64,000 bases of DNA from a virus, in IMG/VR virus record IMGVR_UViG_3300009082_000016, positions 108,724-172,723 of that record; one strand, 5' to 3'. Below the pieces are notes generated by a model. It did not search any database. It was given only the letters and a program-made list of their open reading frames with translations, and was not told the DNA's origin. This document shows positions 55,623 through 64,000 of this stretch, piece after piece. A program made the translations under genes and the position numbers. Position 1 is the first letter of the stretch, and every line of letters begins with the position of its first letter.

Positions 55623-55787
55623 TCACCGCGGCAGGTGCAGATGCCCCGTCGCCCACAGCACGAAGATGATCAGGAGGATCAACCCCAGCGGGAAGAACCC
55701 GCGGGCGCCCCATCTCCCATACCCCCACCCCCCACCACCAATGGCCACTACCAACAGGATCAGGACCAGCACCCACAACAACGACAT
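55623..55787 (-). CDS. DUF3309-like small two-TM protein
   Basis: Hand translation MSLLWVLVLILLVVAIGGGGWGYGRWGARGFFPLGLILLIIFVLWATGHLHLPR. Confidence 0.65.
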   Translation of the reverse strand: MSLLWVLVLILLVVAIGGGGWGYGRWGARGFFPLGLILLIIFVLWATGHLHLPR

Positions 55788-55815
55788 GCAACTTTCCTCT
55801 CAGACCCCGATGGGT

Positions 55816-56019
55816 CTACTCCGTCGCACCGTGCGACACCTTCTCCCAGCCCGACCGCTGCTTCACCCAGACCACGACCGGGGTGACGGACAGGTCACGG
55901 TAGACCGAGCCGATCATCCCGGCGAGCGGGTTGGGGTCACCAGTCCCGGCAAGCACCAGCCGCGCCCGCTGCGTCTCGAACTGAGCCTGCATCGACCGCA
56001 CATCATCCAGCGTAGGCAT
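55816..56019 (-). CDS. small virion protein
   Basis: GTGDPN...GSVYRD...WVK..SGW motif. Confidence 0.55.
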   Translation of the reverse strand: MPTLDDVRSMQAQFETQRARLVLAGTGDPNPLAGMIGSVYRDLSVTPVVVWVKQRSGWEKVSHGATE

Positions 56020-56028
56020 GGTTGCCTC

Positions 56029-57099
56029 CTACGTCCCGAACCCGACGATCTCGGTGAAGCCCGCGGCGCCCGCACCGGCGCACGGGTTGGAGTATCGCCC
56101 CATCGCCAGCAGAATGGACGGACCCACGTTCGTGATCTCCAAGTTCCCGTTGATGCAGGTGTTGAGGAAGTAGCTGAACGCAGCCGCGTTGGTCGACTCG
56201 GTCTTGTACTCGGTGTTGATCGTGCTGCCGATGCTCAGCCCGTTGTTGCCGTCCGGCCCGATGGCGTAGACGCCCGCGAACGCCTGCACGTCCATCAATG
56301 CGAACCCATCCCCAGTCGAGCCGGCCGGCTCCGCCTCGGTGGTGTCGTAGAACGACACCATCGGAGTGAACGACAGCGACTTGAGCATGAGACAGCCGGC
56401 GACGTTGTGCAACACGATGCCATCACCGGCGATGCAGCTCAGGAAAGCCGGGTTCCCTGCACGACAGAGGAAGAACCCGTTGGGGGCGTTCGCCACAGCT
56501 CCCGCCGCCGTGTCGGTGACGCAGTTGATGAACGCCAGCACGTCCGTGAGGAACGTGGTGGCCGCAACCGGAGCACCGAGGGCGCTGAACGAGAACAGCG
56601 CGGAGTCGTGGTTGTACTTCGAGGTGGACGGGTCCCACACGCCATCGGTGCCCGAGAACCACGCCGGGACGTTCGTCCCGCGCCCGAAGCGCAGGTTGGT
56701 GAACGAGATCGTGCTCGGCTTCTGGGGCAGCGCCACGTCCTCGACCAGCTTCGTCGTGTCACCCTTGTCGGCATGCGCCGGATCCCGGAAGTTGGCGATG
56801 CTCGCCAGCGTGCAGTCGGACACGCACATGGACTTGATGACGATCCCGCCGAGCCCGCCGGCGAGCCCGTTGAAGTGGCAGTTGTCCCGCCGGCAGATCA
56901 CGTCCTCGTCGTAGTAGCCGGGGGCCAGCAGGAAGGCAACGGCCTCCCCCACCGGCAGCGATGCCTCGGCGAAAGTGATGGCATCCTGAACCGACGAGAA
57001 CTGGGCACCCTGCCCCGCCGGGGCGATCGACAGGACGTGGTCCCCGAAGTAGGTGCTGGGGCCACCGCCGCCCCCTCCACCAGCAGGTCGGTACCCCAT
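56029..57099 (-). CDS. pectinesterase/beta-helix-like tailspike-type protein
   Basis: AQFSSVQDAI...LAPGYYDEDV motif. Confidence 0.55.
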   Translation of the reverse strand: MGYRPAGGGGGGGPSTYFGDHVLSIAPAGQGAQFSSVQDAITFAEASLPVGEAVAFLLAPGYYDEDVICRRDNCHFNGLAGGLGGIVIKSMCVSDCTLASIANFRDPAHADKGDTTKLVEDVALPQKPSTISFTNLRFGRGTNVPAWFSGTDGVWDPSTSKYNHDSALFSFSALGAPVAATTFLTDVLAFINCVTDTAAGAVANAPNGFFLCRAGNPAFLSCIAGDGIVLHNVAGCLMLKSLSFTPMVSFYDTTEAEPAGSTGDGFALMDVQAFAGVYAIGPDGNNGLSIGSTINTEYKTESTNAAAFSYFLNTCINGNLEITNVGPSILLAMGRYSNPCAGAGAAGFTEIVGFGT

Positions 57100-57101
57100 G
57101 G

Positions 57102-57845
57102 CTACACCTTCCGTCCGACGTACAGGTACGCCTTCTTGCCCGCCCCCAGCGGGGCGTGCTGGAGGAAGACCTTGGTGAAGTCGGTGTTCTCGAACGAGCC
57201 GTGGTCGGTCGTCGTCTGCGGGATGTCGTCGTTCGCGTTGTTGTTGAAGCGCAGGATGAAGTCGCCGTCGGTCTTGATGACCGCCAAGTCACGTCCGACC
57301 AGGCTGCCACCACCCTTGGTGATCTCGACGCCACCCGCACGGTTGACGTTCAAGTCGACCGCAACGCAGTCGTAGGCGTTGTCCCGGTCGGCCGGCACCG
57401 TCACGGCGATCGAGATGCTCTTGCCCGAGAACGGCACGACGTTCCCGTCACCGTCGACGATGCACATCAACGCGGGCGGAATCGGCCGGCGCAGGAACAG
57501 CTGGTAGGTGCCGCCCGCAAACCCGACCGGGATGACCGTGGCGGGCCCGATGATGGACATGACCCCGGTGACCGCCGGGACGGCGGCGACGACCGCCTGC
57601 AGCGACACGGGCGTGCTCACGCCGGGGTCGAAGTCGACCGTGGCGATTGCCCCCAGGAGCGAAGCGGCCTCGGGCCCGCCCGGCACCGGGTTCAGGACGA
57701 CGGCGATGTCATTGTCCTTGGGCTTGAGCTCCATGGACACCGGCGGCGGGCCCGGGTCGTACACCACCGTCCTGGAAACCAGGTACAGCGCGTGAACGCC
57801 GACCACCGGCACGGGCTTGTTGAGATCGGGGTGGATGACTTCCAT
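57102..57845 (-). CDS. virion structural protein
   Basis: ORF with GGAG RBS in the structural block. Confidence 0.55.
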   Translation of the reverse strand: MEVIHPDLNKPVPVVGVHALYLVSRTVVYDPGPPPVSMELKPKDNDIAVVLNPVPGGPEAASLLGAIATVDFDPGVSTPVSLQAVVAAVPAVTGVMSIIGPATVIPVGFAGGTYQLFLRRPIPPALMCIVDGDGNVVPFSGKSISIAVTVPADRDNAYDCVAVDLNVNRAGGVEITKGGGSLVGRDLAVIKTDGDFILRFNNNANDDIPQTTTDHGSFENTDFTKVFLQHAPLGAGKKAYLYVGRKV

Positions 57846-57854
57846 GGTTTCTCC

Positions 57855-58388
57855 CTACCACCAGAACCGGCCGAGGCCGTGAACCAGGGCGTACTCGCTC
57901 GCGAGGCCGGATGGCCGGACGCCCATCATCTCGGACAGGTTGGCTGACACCTTCACACGCTGTTTCAGGTTCTCGTAGCGGCCCTCGTTCTGGCCGATCC
58001 ACTGCTCGATGGCGTTCGCCCGGTCGGACAGGCCGCCGGTCATGAGACCGCCGTCGTTGAACGACAGGTTGTTCCGGATGTGGACCAGAGCCACCGACCG
58101 GAGAATGGTGAGCACGGAGCCGATGACGATCAACGGAGCCCAGCCGGCGGCGATCATCTGGTCGAGCGACTTCACCAGCGGCGGCGGGGTCGAGTTGATA
58201 TCGTCCATCGTGAGCGAGATGGCAAACAGGATGTCCCGCTCCTTCGACTCGACGCCCTCGATGAGCCGGTTCAGCTCCTTGTAGTCGCGCAGGAACGCAC
58301 GCACGCGCTCCACCATGATCGCGTACGACTTGTTCTCCGGGCTCTCGAGGAGCTTCTCAGGAGACTCCGGAACGAGGTCGTCAGCCAC
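57855..58388 (-). CDS. putative head-tail adaptor/neck protein
   Basis: VRAFLRD..ELNRLI...DDINSTPP...RNNLSFNDGG; downstream of capsid. Confidence 0.6.
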   Translation of the reverse strand: MADDLVPESPEKLLESPENKSYAIMVERVRAFLRDYKELNRLIEGVESKERDILFAISLTMDDINSTPPPLVKSLDQMIAAGWAPLIVIGSVLTILRSVALVHIRNNLSFNDGGLMTGGLSDRANAIEQWIGQNEGRYENLKQRVKVSANLSEMMGVRPSGLASEYALVHGLGRFWW

Positions 58389-58392
58389 AGAA

Positions 58393-59028
58393 TCACTCCG
58401 GCTTCGGGAACTTGCCCTTCTTGCCCTTCTTGTTCCGGTCGAACCTCTCCGGCGCCGGCTCCGCAGGACTCATCGGCGGAATGCCCGGCTGCACCGGTAC
58501 GGCCGAGATGTCACGGAGCTCGATGACCGGCGGCTTCGGATCGTGCTTCTCGACCGGATTCTCCGTGATCGGCACCACCGGGGGAGGCGGAGGCAGTTCC
58601 GGCTCCGGCTCGGGCTTCGGCGTCTTGGCCAGCTCCATCAGATCGGCAATGGAGGGCGGCTCTTCCACGGGCGCCGGCGGCGAAGACGGACGGAACGGGG
58701 TCACGGGGGCCATCACGGCCAGTTCGGGCTTCGGTTTCAGCGGCTGAACCGGGGCCGAGACCGGGACCGGTTCGGGAAGCGGAGCCACGCTGGGCACCGG
58801 CACGGGCGGCGGGTCCCCGAGCGAAACCGGCGCCGACGTCTCAGCGTCGCGGACTTCGATCAGGCCCTGCTGCATGAGCTTCAGGATCTGGTCCTTGTTC
58901 TCGCGGAGCACTGCCTCGGAGATCGGGCAGCGCACGCCGGGGACGACGCGGAAACCGCCGATCTGAATGTTGGCTCCCCCGGTCCTCCGGAGCTGAGCCG
59001 CCGTGTTCAAGATGTAGTAGCTCGCCAC
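58393..59028 (-). CDS. Pro-rich protein
   Basis: AGGAGG RBS, GTG start; Pro/Glu-rich tail. Confidence 0.6.
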   Translation of the reverse strand: MASYYILNTAAQLRRTGGANIQIGGFRVVPGVRCPISEAVLRENKDQILKLMQQGLIEVRDAETSAPVSLGDPPPVPVPSVAPLPEPVPVSAPVQPLKPKPELAVMAPVTPFRPSSPPAPVEEPPSIADLMELAKTPKPEPEPELPPPPPVVPITENPVEKHDPKPPVIELRDISAVPVQPGIPPMSPAEPAPERFDRNKKGKKGKFPKPE

Positions 59029-59149
59029 GTTGTCCTCCTGTCGAGGCCAAGAATAACAGAGGGCCGCACAGTTGGGAAGGGAGCTTCCCCGCCCCGCCTG
59101 GACGACGGGGTGGGGAAGTTCGGTGGGAGACAGGGGGGAGACCTCGAGT

Positions 59150-60001
59150 CTACCTGAAACGCTCCAGGTAGTCAGCAGCAGCACGGAGGACGGCGGGATC
59201 ATCTCCCAGCTGGCCGATGGCACGGTTGCATTTCCCGCAGAGGAGGCCGCGGACGATCCCGGACTTGTGATCGTGGTCGACGGCGAAACGAGGCTGCTTG
59301 CCCATCCGTTGCTGCTGCTTACCACCGCAGATCGCGCAGGCGCCCTGCTGCTTCTCCAGCAGGATCTCGTAGTGGTCGTCGACGCTGAAGGCCTCGAACG
59401 TGAGAGCATCAGGTCGCAGCTGCTCCAGGTACAAGGCCGCCCGACGCAGGCGGTCGGGGTCGTCTCCCAAGGCCCCGACAGCCCTGTTATGATCGACGCA
59501 GAGAAGGCCACGAGGCCTACCGGTCTTGTGGTCATGATCAACGGCAAGCAGAACTTCGACTTCAACGCCGCGAACGATCCGGGGAGGCTGCGGGTGCCGG
59601 CAGACGGCACAAACCCCGTCTTGCTCTTGGAGCAGGCGGGCGTACTCCTCGGCGGTGATGCCGTACGTCTTGAAACGCCGGGATCGATTGCACTCCCGAT
59701 TCTTCTCCCGCACGCAAGCCCGGCACCAGGCTACAAGACCCCCACTCGGACGTGGCGAAAACTCAGCGACCGGCTTGTCCTCCTCGCAGTGCGGGCACCG
59801 CTTTCGGCCGTCCACGATCGGGATCGTGTAGTGCCCGGGGCCCTTGCCCTCTTTCCGAAGATGGTAGTTCTCCAGAGCCCTCTTGGCCCAGCACGGTCTG
59901 CAGGATGCCCGGTACTGCTGTTTCCCTTCTCGTGTGCCGTTCGGGGAGAACTCAGAGAGGGGCTTCTCGATGTCGCAGATGCTGCAGATCCTCACGTCCA
60001 T
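59150..60001 (-). CDS. endonuclease VII-family HNH protein with two tandem nuclease domains
   Basis: Two copies of Q.G.CA(V/I)C...AVDHDHK.G..RGLLC...NRA.G.LGDDP; two N-terminal Zn knuckles. Confidence 0.9.
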   Translation of the reverse strand: MDVRICSICDIEKPLSEFSPNGTREGKQQYRASCRPCWAKRALENYHLRKEGKGPGHYTIPIVDGRKRCPHCEEDKPVAEFSPRPSGGLVAWCRACVREKNRECNRSRRFKTYGITAEEYARLLQEQDGVCAVCRHPQPPRIVRGVEVEVLLAVDHDHKTGRPRGLLCVDHNRAVGALGDDPDRLRRAALYLEQLRPDALTFEAFSVDDHYEILLEKQQGACAICGGKQQQRMGKQPRFAVDHDHKSGIVRGLLCGKCNRAIGQLGDDPAVLRAAADYLERFR

Positions 60002-60007
60002 AACGTG

Positions 60008-60035
60008 AGGATAGGGCTTTCCCGCAGATTGTCAA
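60008..60035 (-). promoter_or_regulatory. sigma70-type promoter, likely giving a leaderless mRNA for the EndoVII gene
   Basis: TTGACA (60035-60030), 16 bp, TATCCT (60013-60008), 6 nt, ATG. Confidence 0.55.
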
Positions 60036-60054
60036 CGGGTTCTAAGGTTGGTTA

Positions 60055-60090
60055 GGAAGAACAGCACAAGTAGTTGGAACTACTTGTACT
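60055..60090 (-). terminator. hairpin immediately after the capsid stop codon
   Basis: AGTACAAGTAGT-TCCA-ACTACTTGTGCT followed by GTTCTT (weak U tract). Confidence 0.4.
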
Positions 60091-61213
60091 AGTACTGCGT
60101 GATGATGGGATACACGAGCCCGTCGTCCACGCGGTTGTTGATCGCGCCCATGTCCTTCTCCTCCTTCGGGGTGACGGAGGAGAGGAGGCCCTGGGCGTTC
60201 GTGACGGGCTGCGCGTCGCAGGGGTACAGCTCGAGCTTCCGGATGCCCTCGACCTGGCCGATCCCCATGCCGACCATCGCCCACGCCATCCACACGACCA
60301 TGTTCTCGATCGTGTCGATGTAGAAGGACGTCTGGCCGAGCGTGTAGTTCACGCCCAGGAACTCGGGGGCGACGAAGCCGTACACGTTGCCCGGCCGGAG
60401 GACTTCCGGCTTCAGGCTGCGGACGATGTCGTAGCCGCCGAGCGTCGGGTGCTTGAAGCCCTCGATGGCCGTCTCGGTCGCGATCGCGCCGACCTCGTTG
60501 TACGGCCACGAGAACACGCCCAGGAAGTCGCCGTCGTGGATCAGCATCCGGCTCCCGGACAGGTGCTTGTCCGGGAAGGTCTTGAACAGGTTGACCACGT
60601 CCATCTTCTGGATGGGCAGCGGCACGAAGCTGTCGGGCGCCGCGGCCAGGGAGGCCAGCTCGCCCTTGAAGATCGACCGCTGCACGACGGTGCCGGCCTG
60701 GACCGTGTCCGAGCTCAGCTCCGTCGCCACGCCGCCGTTCGCCTCCAGCTGGAGGGCCTGGACCGCCGCCTCGAAGTGGACGGCCGCCGTCCGGTCCTTG
60801 ATGGCGTCCATGTCCTTCACGGAGTTGTCCTCGATCACCTTGGTGATCGGGTAGTCGTACACCAGCAGCTCCTCCTTCGGCTTCTCGTACCGGAGGGTGG
60901 AGATGCGGCCGAACGACACCGCGAACCGCTTGCCGGAGATCAGCTGCGACTCCGGCCGGCCGCGGATGGAGATCGTCATCGCCCGGCTGCCCGGCTCGAT
61001 GTGGACGATCTTCACCAGGGTGTCGTGCTCCGTGGAGATCTGGCAGTCGGCGCGGGTCACCCCCTCGGGCGGGATGATCTTGTCGAACCAGCTCGCCTCG
61101 CGGATGCGGTCCCGGAGGTAGCCGCCGATCAGCTCGGCGGTCTTGGTCTTCGTGGTGGGGTCGTCCAGCTTGGCCAGGAGCGACTCGTTGTAGATCACAT
61201 CACGTTGCGACAT
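60089..61213 (-). CDS. major capsid protein (HK97-fold likely)
   Basis: 374 aa; YLRDRIREASWFDKIIPP; APEFLG; GMGIG near the C-terminus; position after decoration/scaffold genes. Confidence 0.78.
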   Translation of the reverse strand: MSQRDVIYNESLLAKLDDPTTKTKTAELIGGYLRDRIREASWFDKIIPPEGVTRADCQISTEHDTLVKIVHIEPGSRAMTISIRGRPESQLISGKRFAVSFGRISTLRYEKPKEELLVYDYPITKVIEDNSVKDMDAIKDRTAAVHFEAAVQALQLEANGGVATELSSDTVQAGTVVQRSIFKGELASLAAAPDSFVPLPIQKMDVVNLFKTFPDKHLSGSRMLIHDGDFLGVFSWPYNEVGAIATETAIEGFKHPTLGGYDIVRSLKPEVLRPGNVYGFVAPEFLGVNYTLGQTSFYIDTIENMVVWMAWAMVGMGIGQVEGIRKLELYPCDAQPVTNAQGLLSSVTPKEEKDMGAINNRVDDGLVYPIITQY

Positions 61214-61231
61214 GGTGTTCTCCTTCCTCCA

Positions 61232-61708
61232 TCAGTAGGCGCTGAGGATCCTCAGCGCGTTGCCGGTGGAGCCCGGGAGCTCGAGGACGTACGCGCAGAT
61301 CGCGTCCGTGCCCGCCGCCGCCGTGAGGACCGACCGGTTGGCCCCGTCGAACGCCTGCAGGTCGGCCGCCAGCCCCTGCCCGAGCGCGTTGATGACGCCG
61401 GGGGTGTTGTCGTAGACCCACGTCTGGGCGTGCCAGCGGCCGCCCATGAGGAAGGTCACCAGCTTCGAGTACTGGACGTTGTAGTCCCCCCGGAGCTGGA
61501 AGACCGGGAACGCCATCGGGTTGTTCGGGCCCGCGGGGTTCCGGGTCATCTTGCCCTGGTTGATGTAGGGCGACAGGAACTCGCCCTGGTACAGGATGTT
61601 CGCCGCGCCCGGCTTCAGGATCGCCTCGTCATTGACGGGGTAGTCCTTCCGCGGGAGCGTCGCGATGTCCGGGAAGAACACCCGGAACAGTTCCTTCGGC
61701 AGACTCAT
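61232..61708 (-). CDS. putative head decoration/cement protein
   Basis: 158 aa directly upstream of the capsid gene. Confidence 0.55.
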   Translation of the reverse strand: MSLPKELFRVFFPDIATLPRKDYPVNDEAILKPGAANILYQGEFLSPYINQGKMTRNPAGPNNPMAFPVFQLRGDYNVQYSKLVTFLMGGRWHAQTWVYDNTPGVINALGQGLAADLQAFDGANRSVLTAAAGTDAICAYVLELPGSTGNALRILSAY

Positions 61709-61751
61709 CGGTCACCTCCTTGCCCTCCGGCACTCAACCGGAGGGGTTGCT

Positions 61752-62141
61752 TCATCCGCCCATGACCCAGCCGTCGAGCTCGGCCTTGGCCACGGCACTC
61801 GGCTTCGCCTCGCCCTTGTTGGCGCCGTCGATCAGCTCGCCCATCTTCGCGATGGACAGGTCGGGAACCATCCGGACAGCCCGCTCGAGGACCTCCAGCC
61901 CGTTCCCGTTCGACGCCATCTTCCGCAGGGCCGCGTCGCGAGCCTCCTCGCTGCCCCACGGGTTCGCCGCGCCGCTCTGGTCCATGGACTCCTTGATCCC
62001 GTCGATCCGAGCCTGGACCTCGAGGGAGGCCAGCTTCTCGCGGAGCTTCGAGTTCTCGGCCACCAGGAGGCGGATCGCCACCGCGCCCTGCTTGGCCATG
62101 AACGCCAACTGCCCCGCCTGCTGCTGGGAGATCTTGATCAT
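61752..62141 (-). CDS. head-assembly-region coiled-coil protein
   Basis: GGGAGG RBS; coiled coil. Confidence 0.55.
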   Translation of the reverse strand: MIKISQQQAGQLAFMAKQGAVAIRLLVAENSKLREKLASLEVQARIDGIKESMDQSGAANPWGSEEARDAALRKMASNGNGLEVLERAVRMVPDLSIAKMGELIDGANKGEAKPSAVAKAELDGWVMGG

Positions 62142-62145
62142 CTCG

Positions 62146-62913
62146 TCAGCCTCCCCTGGCGATGTTCGCCAGCACCGCACTGCGAAGGATGTTCGCATGC
62201 GCCGCCTTGACCGTGGGCTCCTCGTCCCCGCTTTCCTGCTCCGCGACGTCCGGGACGGTCGCCTGATCCGCCGCCACCGCCGCCGCCCCGAGGATCGCCG
62301 CCTCGTCGGGGCGGTTCTCCTTCTCGGAGTCGTCGTTGGTGAAGGACAGGATCTGCTCCGTGCTCTGCGGCACGGCCGCTCCGGGCGTCTCCGGGGGCAT
62401 CGAAGGGGACTCACCCGCGCTCGAGAGTTCCGTCGGGAGATTCCCGACCATGGACGGGTCTTCGGCCGCGGTCCGGCGCATGGACGCGGACTTGACCCGC
62501 CCCAGAACACGCGACATCGCGGCGCTGGCCCTCGAACGGGCGTGCTTGCGAAGCGATGCCGTCACCGAAATGCCGCCCTCGTTGGAGACCGGCAGGTCCC
62601 CGGCGAGGTTGTCGATCTCGCGCTCGCCGACCGGGACGTCCCCGGTCTGCCCCGGCATCCCGAACTGGGTCTGCCCCAGCTCGGCCACCGTCAGCGCCGC
62701 CTCCTCCGTCCCGGGCTGCACCCACTGCTGGGGGGACAGCTCGGGCGGCAGGTTGTCCGAGGCCAACGCCTGCGCGACGTGCTCCAGGCCGTCCGCCAGC
62801 TTGAGCATCTCGTCGGGATCGACCGTGGCCGGCTGGTCCGCGGCCTCCTTCTCGAGGCGGTCATCGCCGGCGAAGGCATCCCGGAGCATGCTCTTCAAGA
62901 GAGATCCGCTCAT
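62146..62913 (-). CDS. acidic scaffold-like protein
   Basis: Acidic low-complexity sequence upstream of capsid. Confidence 0.55.
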   Translation of the reverse strand: MSGSLLKSMLRDAFAGDDRLEKEAADQPATVDPDEMLKLADGLEHVAQALASDNLPPELSPQQWVQPGTEEAALTVAELGQTQFGMPGQTGDVPVGEREIDNLAGDLPVSNEGGISVTASLRKHARSRASAAMSRVLGRVKSASMRRTAAEDPSMVGNLPTELSSAGESPSMPPETPGAAVPQSTEQILSFTNDDSEKENRPDEAAILGAAAVAADQATVPDVAEQESGDEEPTVKAAHANILRSAVLANIARGG

Positions 62914-62916
62914 GGG

Positions 62917-63690
62917 TCACTTCGCCTCCTTGGCTCCGCGGGCCAGGAACTGCGGGTCCCAGCTCACGGGCCAGCCACGGCTCTCGAGCAGCTCGAGCGC
63001 CGCGGCGTACTTCGCTTCGTCGCGGTTCTGGGCCAGGGCCACCTTCGAGATCGGAGTGCCGGTCTCGGGATCGAAGCCGCTGGACGCCAGGATGTCCCTG
63101 GCCGTCTTCACGACCTCGGTCTCGAACGAGAGCGAGCTCTGCTTGTCGCGCAGGACGCTGGCAAGACCAAGCCCGCCAGCCGCACCGCCGGCGGCCGTGG
63201 CGCCACGACGGGTCCACTTCGCCCCGCTCGTGGGTCCCTTGAGCCAGTCCCAGGCCTTGCCGAGGCTGCCCTTGCCGACGACGGCGTCAACCGCCTCCAT
63301 CGACGGAGCGCCCGCCTGCTTCAGGAAGGAGGAGATCTTCTCCTCGACCAGGGGGGCCGCCTCCGCGGCGATCTCCTCGGCCGAGGCCTCCTCCGGGGCT
63401 TCCGCCGCCACCTCGTCGACCGCTTCGGAAACCGCCTGCTCCAGGATCTCCTGGGCCTGCGCGGCTTCCTCTTCGGCCTTCTTCTCGGCGGCCTCTTCCC
63501 CTTCCTCCTGCTCGCCCTCTTCCTTCTCCTCGCTCTCGGACTCCTCGTGCTCGGCGCTCTCGCCCTCTTCGGACTCCTGCGCGAGCTTCTCGTAGGTGAC
63601 CGCGGCCACCTCTTCCGGAGAGAGATCGAGATCGGCAGCTTCGGCTTCCGCCGCCACCTTCTCGATCACCTCGGAGATGAGGTCCCTCAT
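62917..63690 (-). CDS. Glu/Ala-rich scaffold or internal head protein
   Basis: Very acidic N-half plus Gly/Ala hydrophobic segment. Confidence 0.6.
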   Translation of the reverse strand: MRDLISEVIEKVAAEAEAADLDLSPEEVAAVTYEKLAQESEEGESAEHEESESEEKEEGEQEEGEEAAEKKAEEEAAQAQEILEQAVSEAVDEVAAEAPEEASAEEIAAEAAPLVEEKISSFLKQAGAPSMEAVDAVVGKGSLGKAWDWLKGPTSGAKWTRRGATAAGGAAGGLGLASVLRDKQSSLSFETEVVKTARDILASSGFDPETGTPISKVALAQNRDEAKYAAALELLESRGWPVSWDPQFLARGAKEAK

Positions 63691-63704
63691 GGTTCACCTC
63701 CGCG

Positions 63705-64000
63705 CTACTTGCGCTCCCGCATCTTCTTCGCGAGCGCCATCGCGCCCAGGGTCGTGCCGGCTCCCGCCGCCGCGACGCCGCCGCGCTTGCCCCACTTCGC
63801 CACCCCCGGATTCCGCTTCACGAACTCGCGCCCGGCCTGCCGGGCCGCGCCGACGGCGCCCCGCAGGTGATCGGCCATGAGGTGCGTGTTCGGGCCGGCC
63901 TCCTTCTCGAGGAGCATCTCGGCGAGGATGTCGGAGGCCTCCTTGCGCTTCTTGAGCGCGTGGGCCGCCGCGAGGGCGCCGCCGGCGCCGAGCGCCGCCA
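63705..64000 (-). CDS. Gly/Ala-rich head-region protein, partial (start outside the window)
   Basis: Frame open to the window edge; AALGAGGALAAA repeats. Confidence 0.55.
   Translation of the reverse strand, partial: AALGAGGALAAAHALKKRKEASDILAEMLLEKEAGPNTHLMADHLRGAVGAARQAGREFVKRNPGVAKWGKRGGVAAAGAGTTLGAMALAKKMRERK

Noticed and set aside
55690-55740. Possible frameshift in G-runs of the DUF3309-like gene
   Set aside because: On recounting, the frame is intact (165 nt, 54 aa).
1-64000. tRNA, rRNA, integrase, transposase, terminase, portal or DNA polymerase genes
   Set aside because: None recognised by eye; they may lie outside the window. A tRNAscan or HMM run would be needed to exclude them formally.

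Overview
A 64-kb segment of a large, high-GC tailed phage (contractile tail), with nearly all genes on the minus strand. Reading in transcription direction (right to left): head genes (acidic scaffold-like proteins, decoration protein, major capsid protein, neck), fibre-like genes, tail sheath and tube, and two free-standing HNH endonuclease genes. Next come a complete ubiquitin-like conjugation operon (Ubl, E2-like, JAB, E1/ThiF) and an AAA ATPase / DUF1257 / DUF2997 / radical-SAM module. These are followed by a replication block (DnaB-like helicase, ParB-like, Rep-like protein) with an iteron-like origin at about 21.86-22.10 kb, and then about 20 kb of small accessory genes. The main finding is at 6726-8475: a lone Cas7/RAMP-like gene and a partner gene, followed by three abutting ~150-nt structured RNA units. 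Each unit is closed by its own 17-18 bp stem, carries conserved hairpins, and has a variable core with 5-nt G-N-Y-N-N periodicity. This looks like a phage-encoded, non-CRISPR RNA-guided system. All family assignments are from motif recognition by eye, not database searches. Many start codons were re-picked from ribosome-binding sites and start/stop overlaps.
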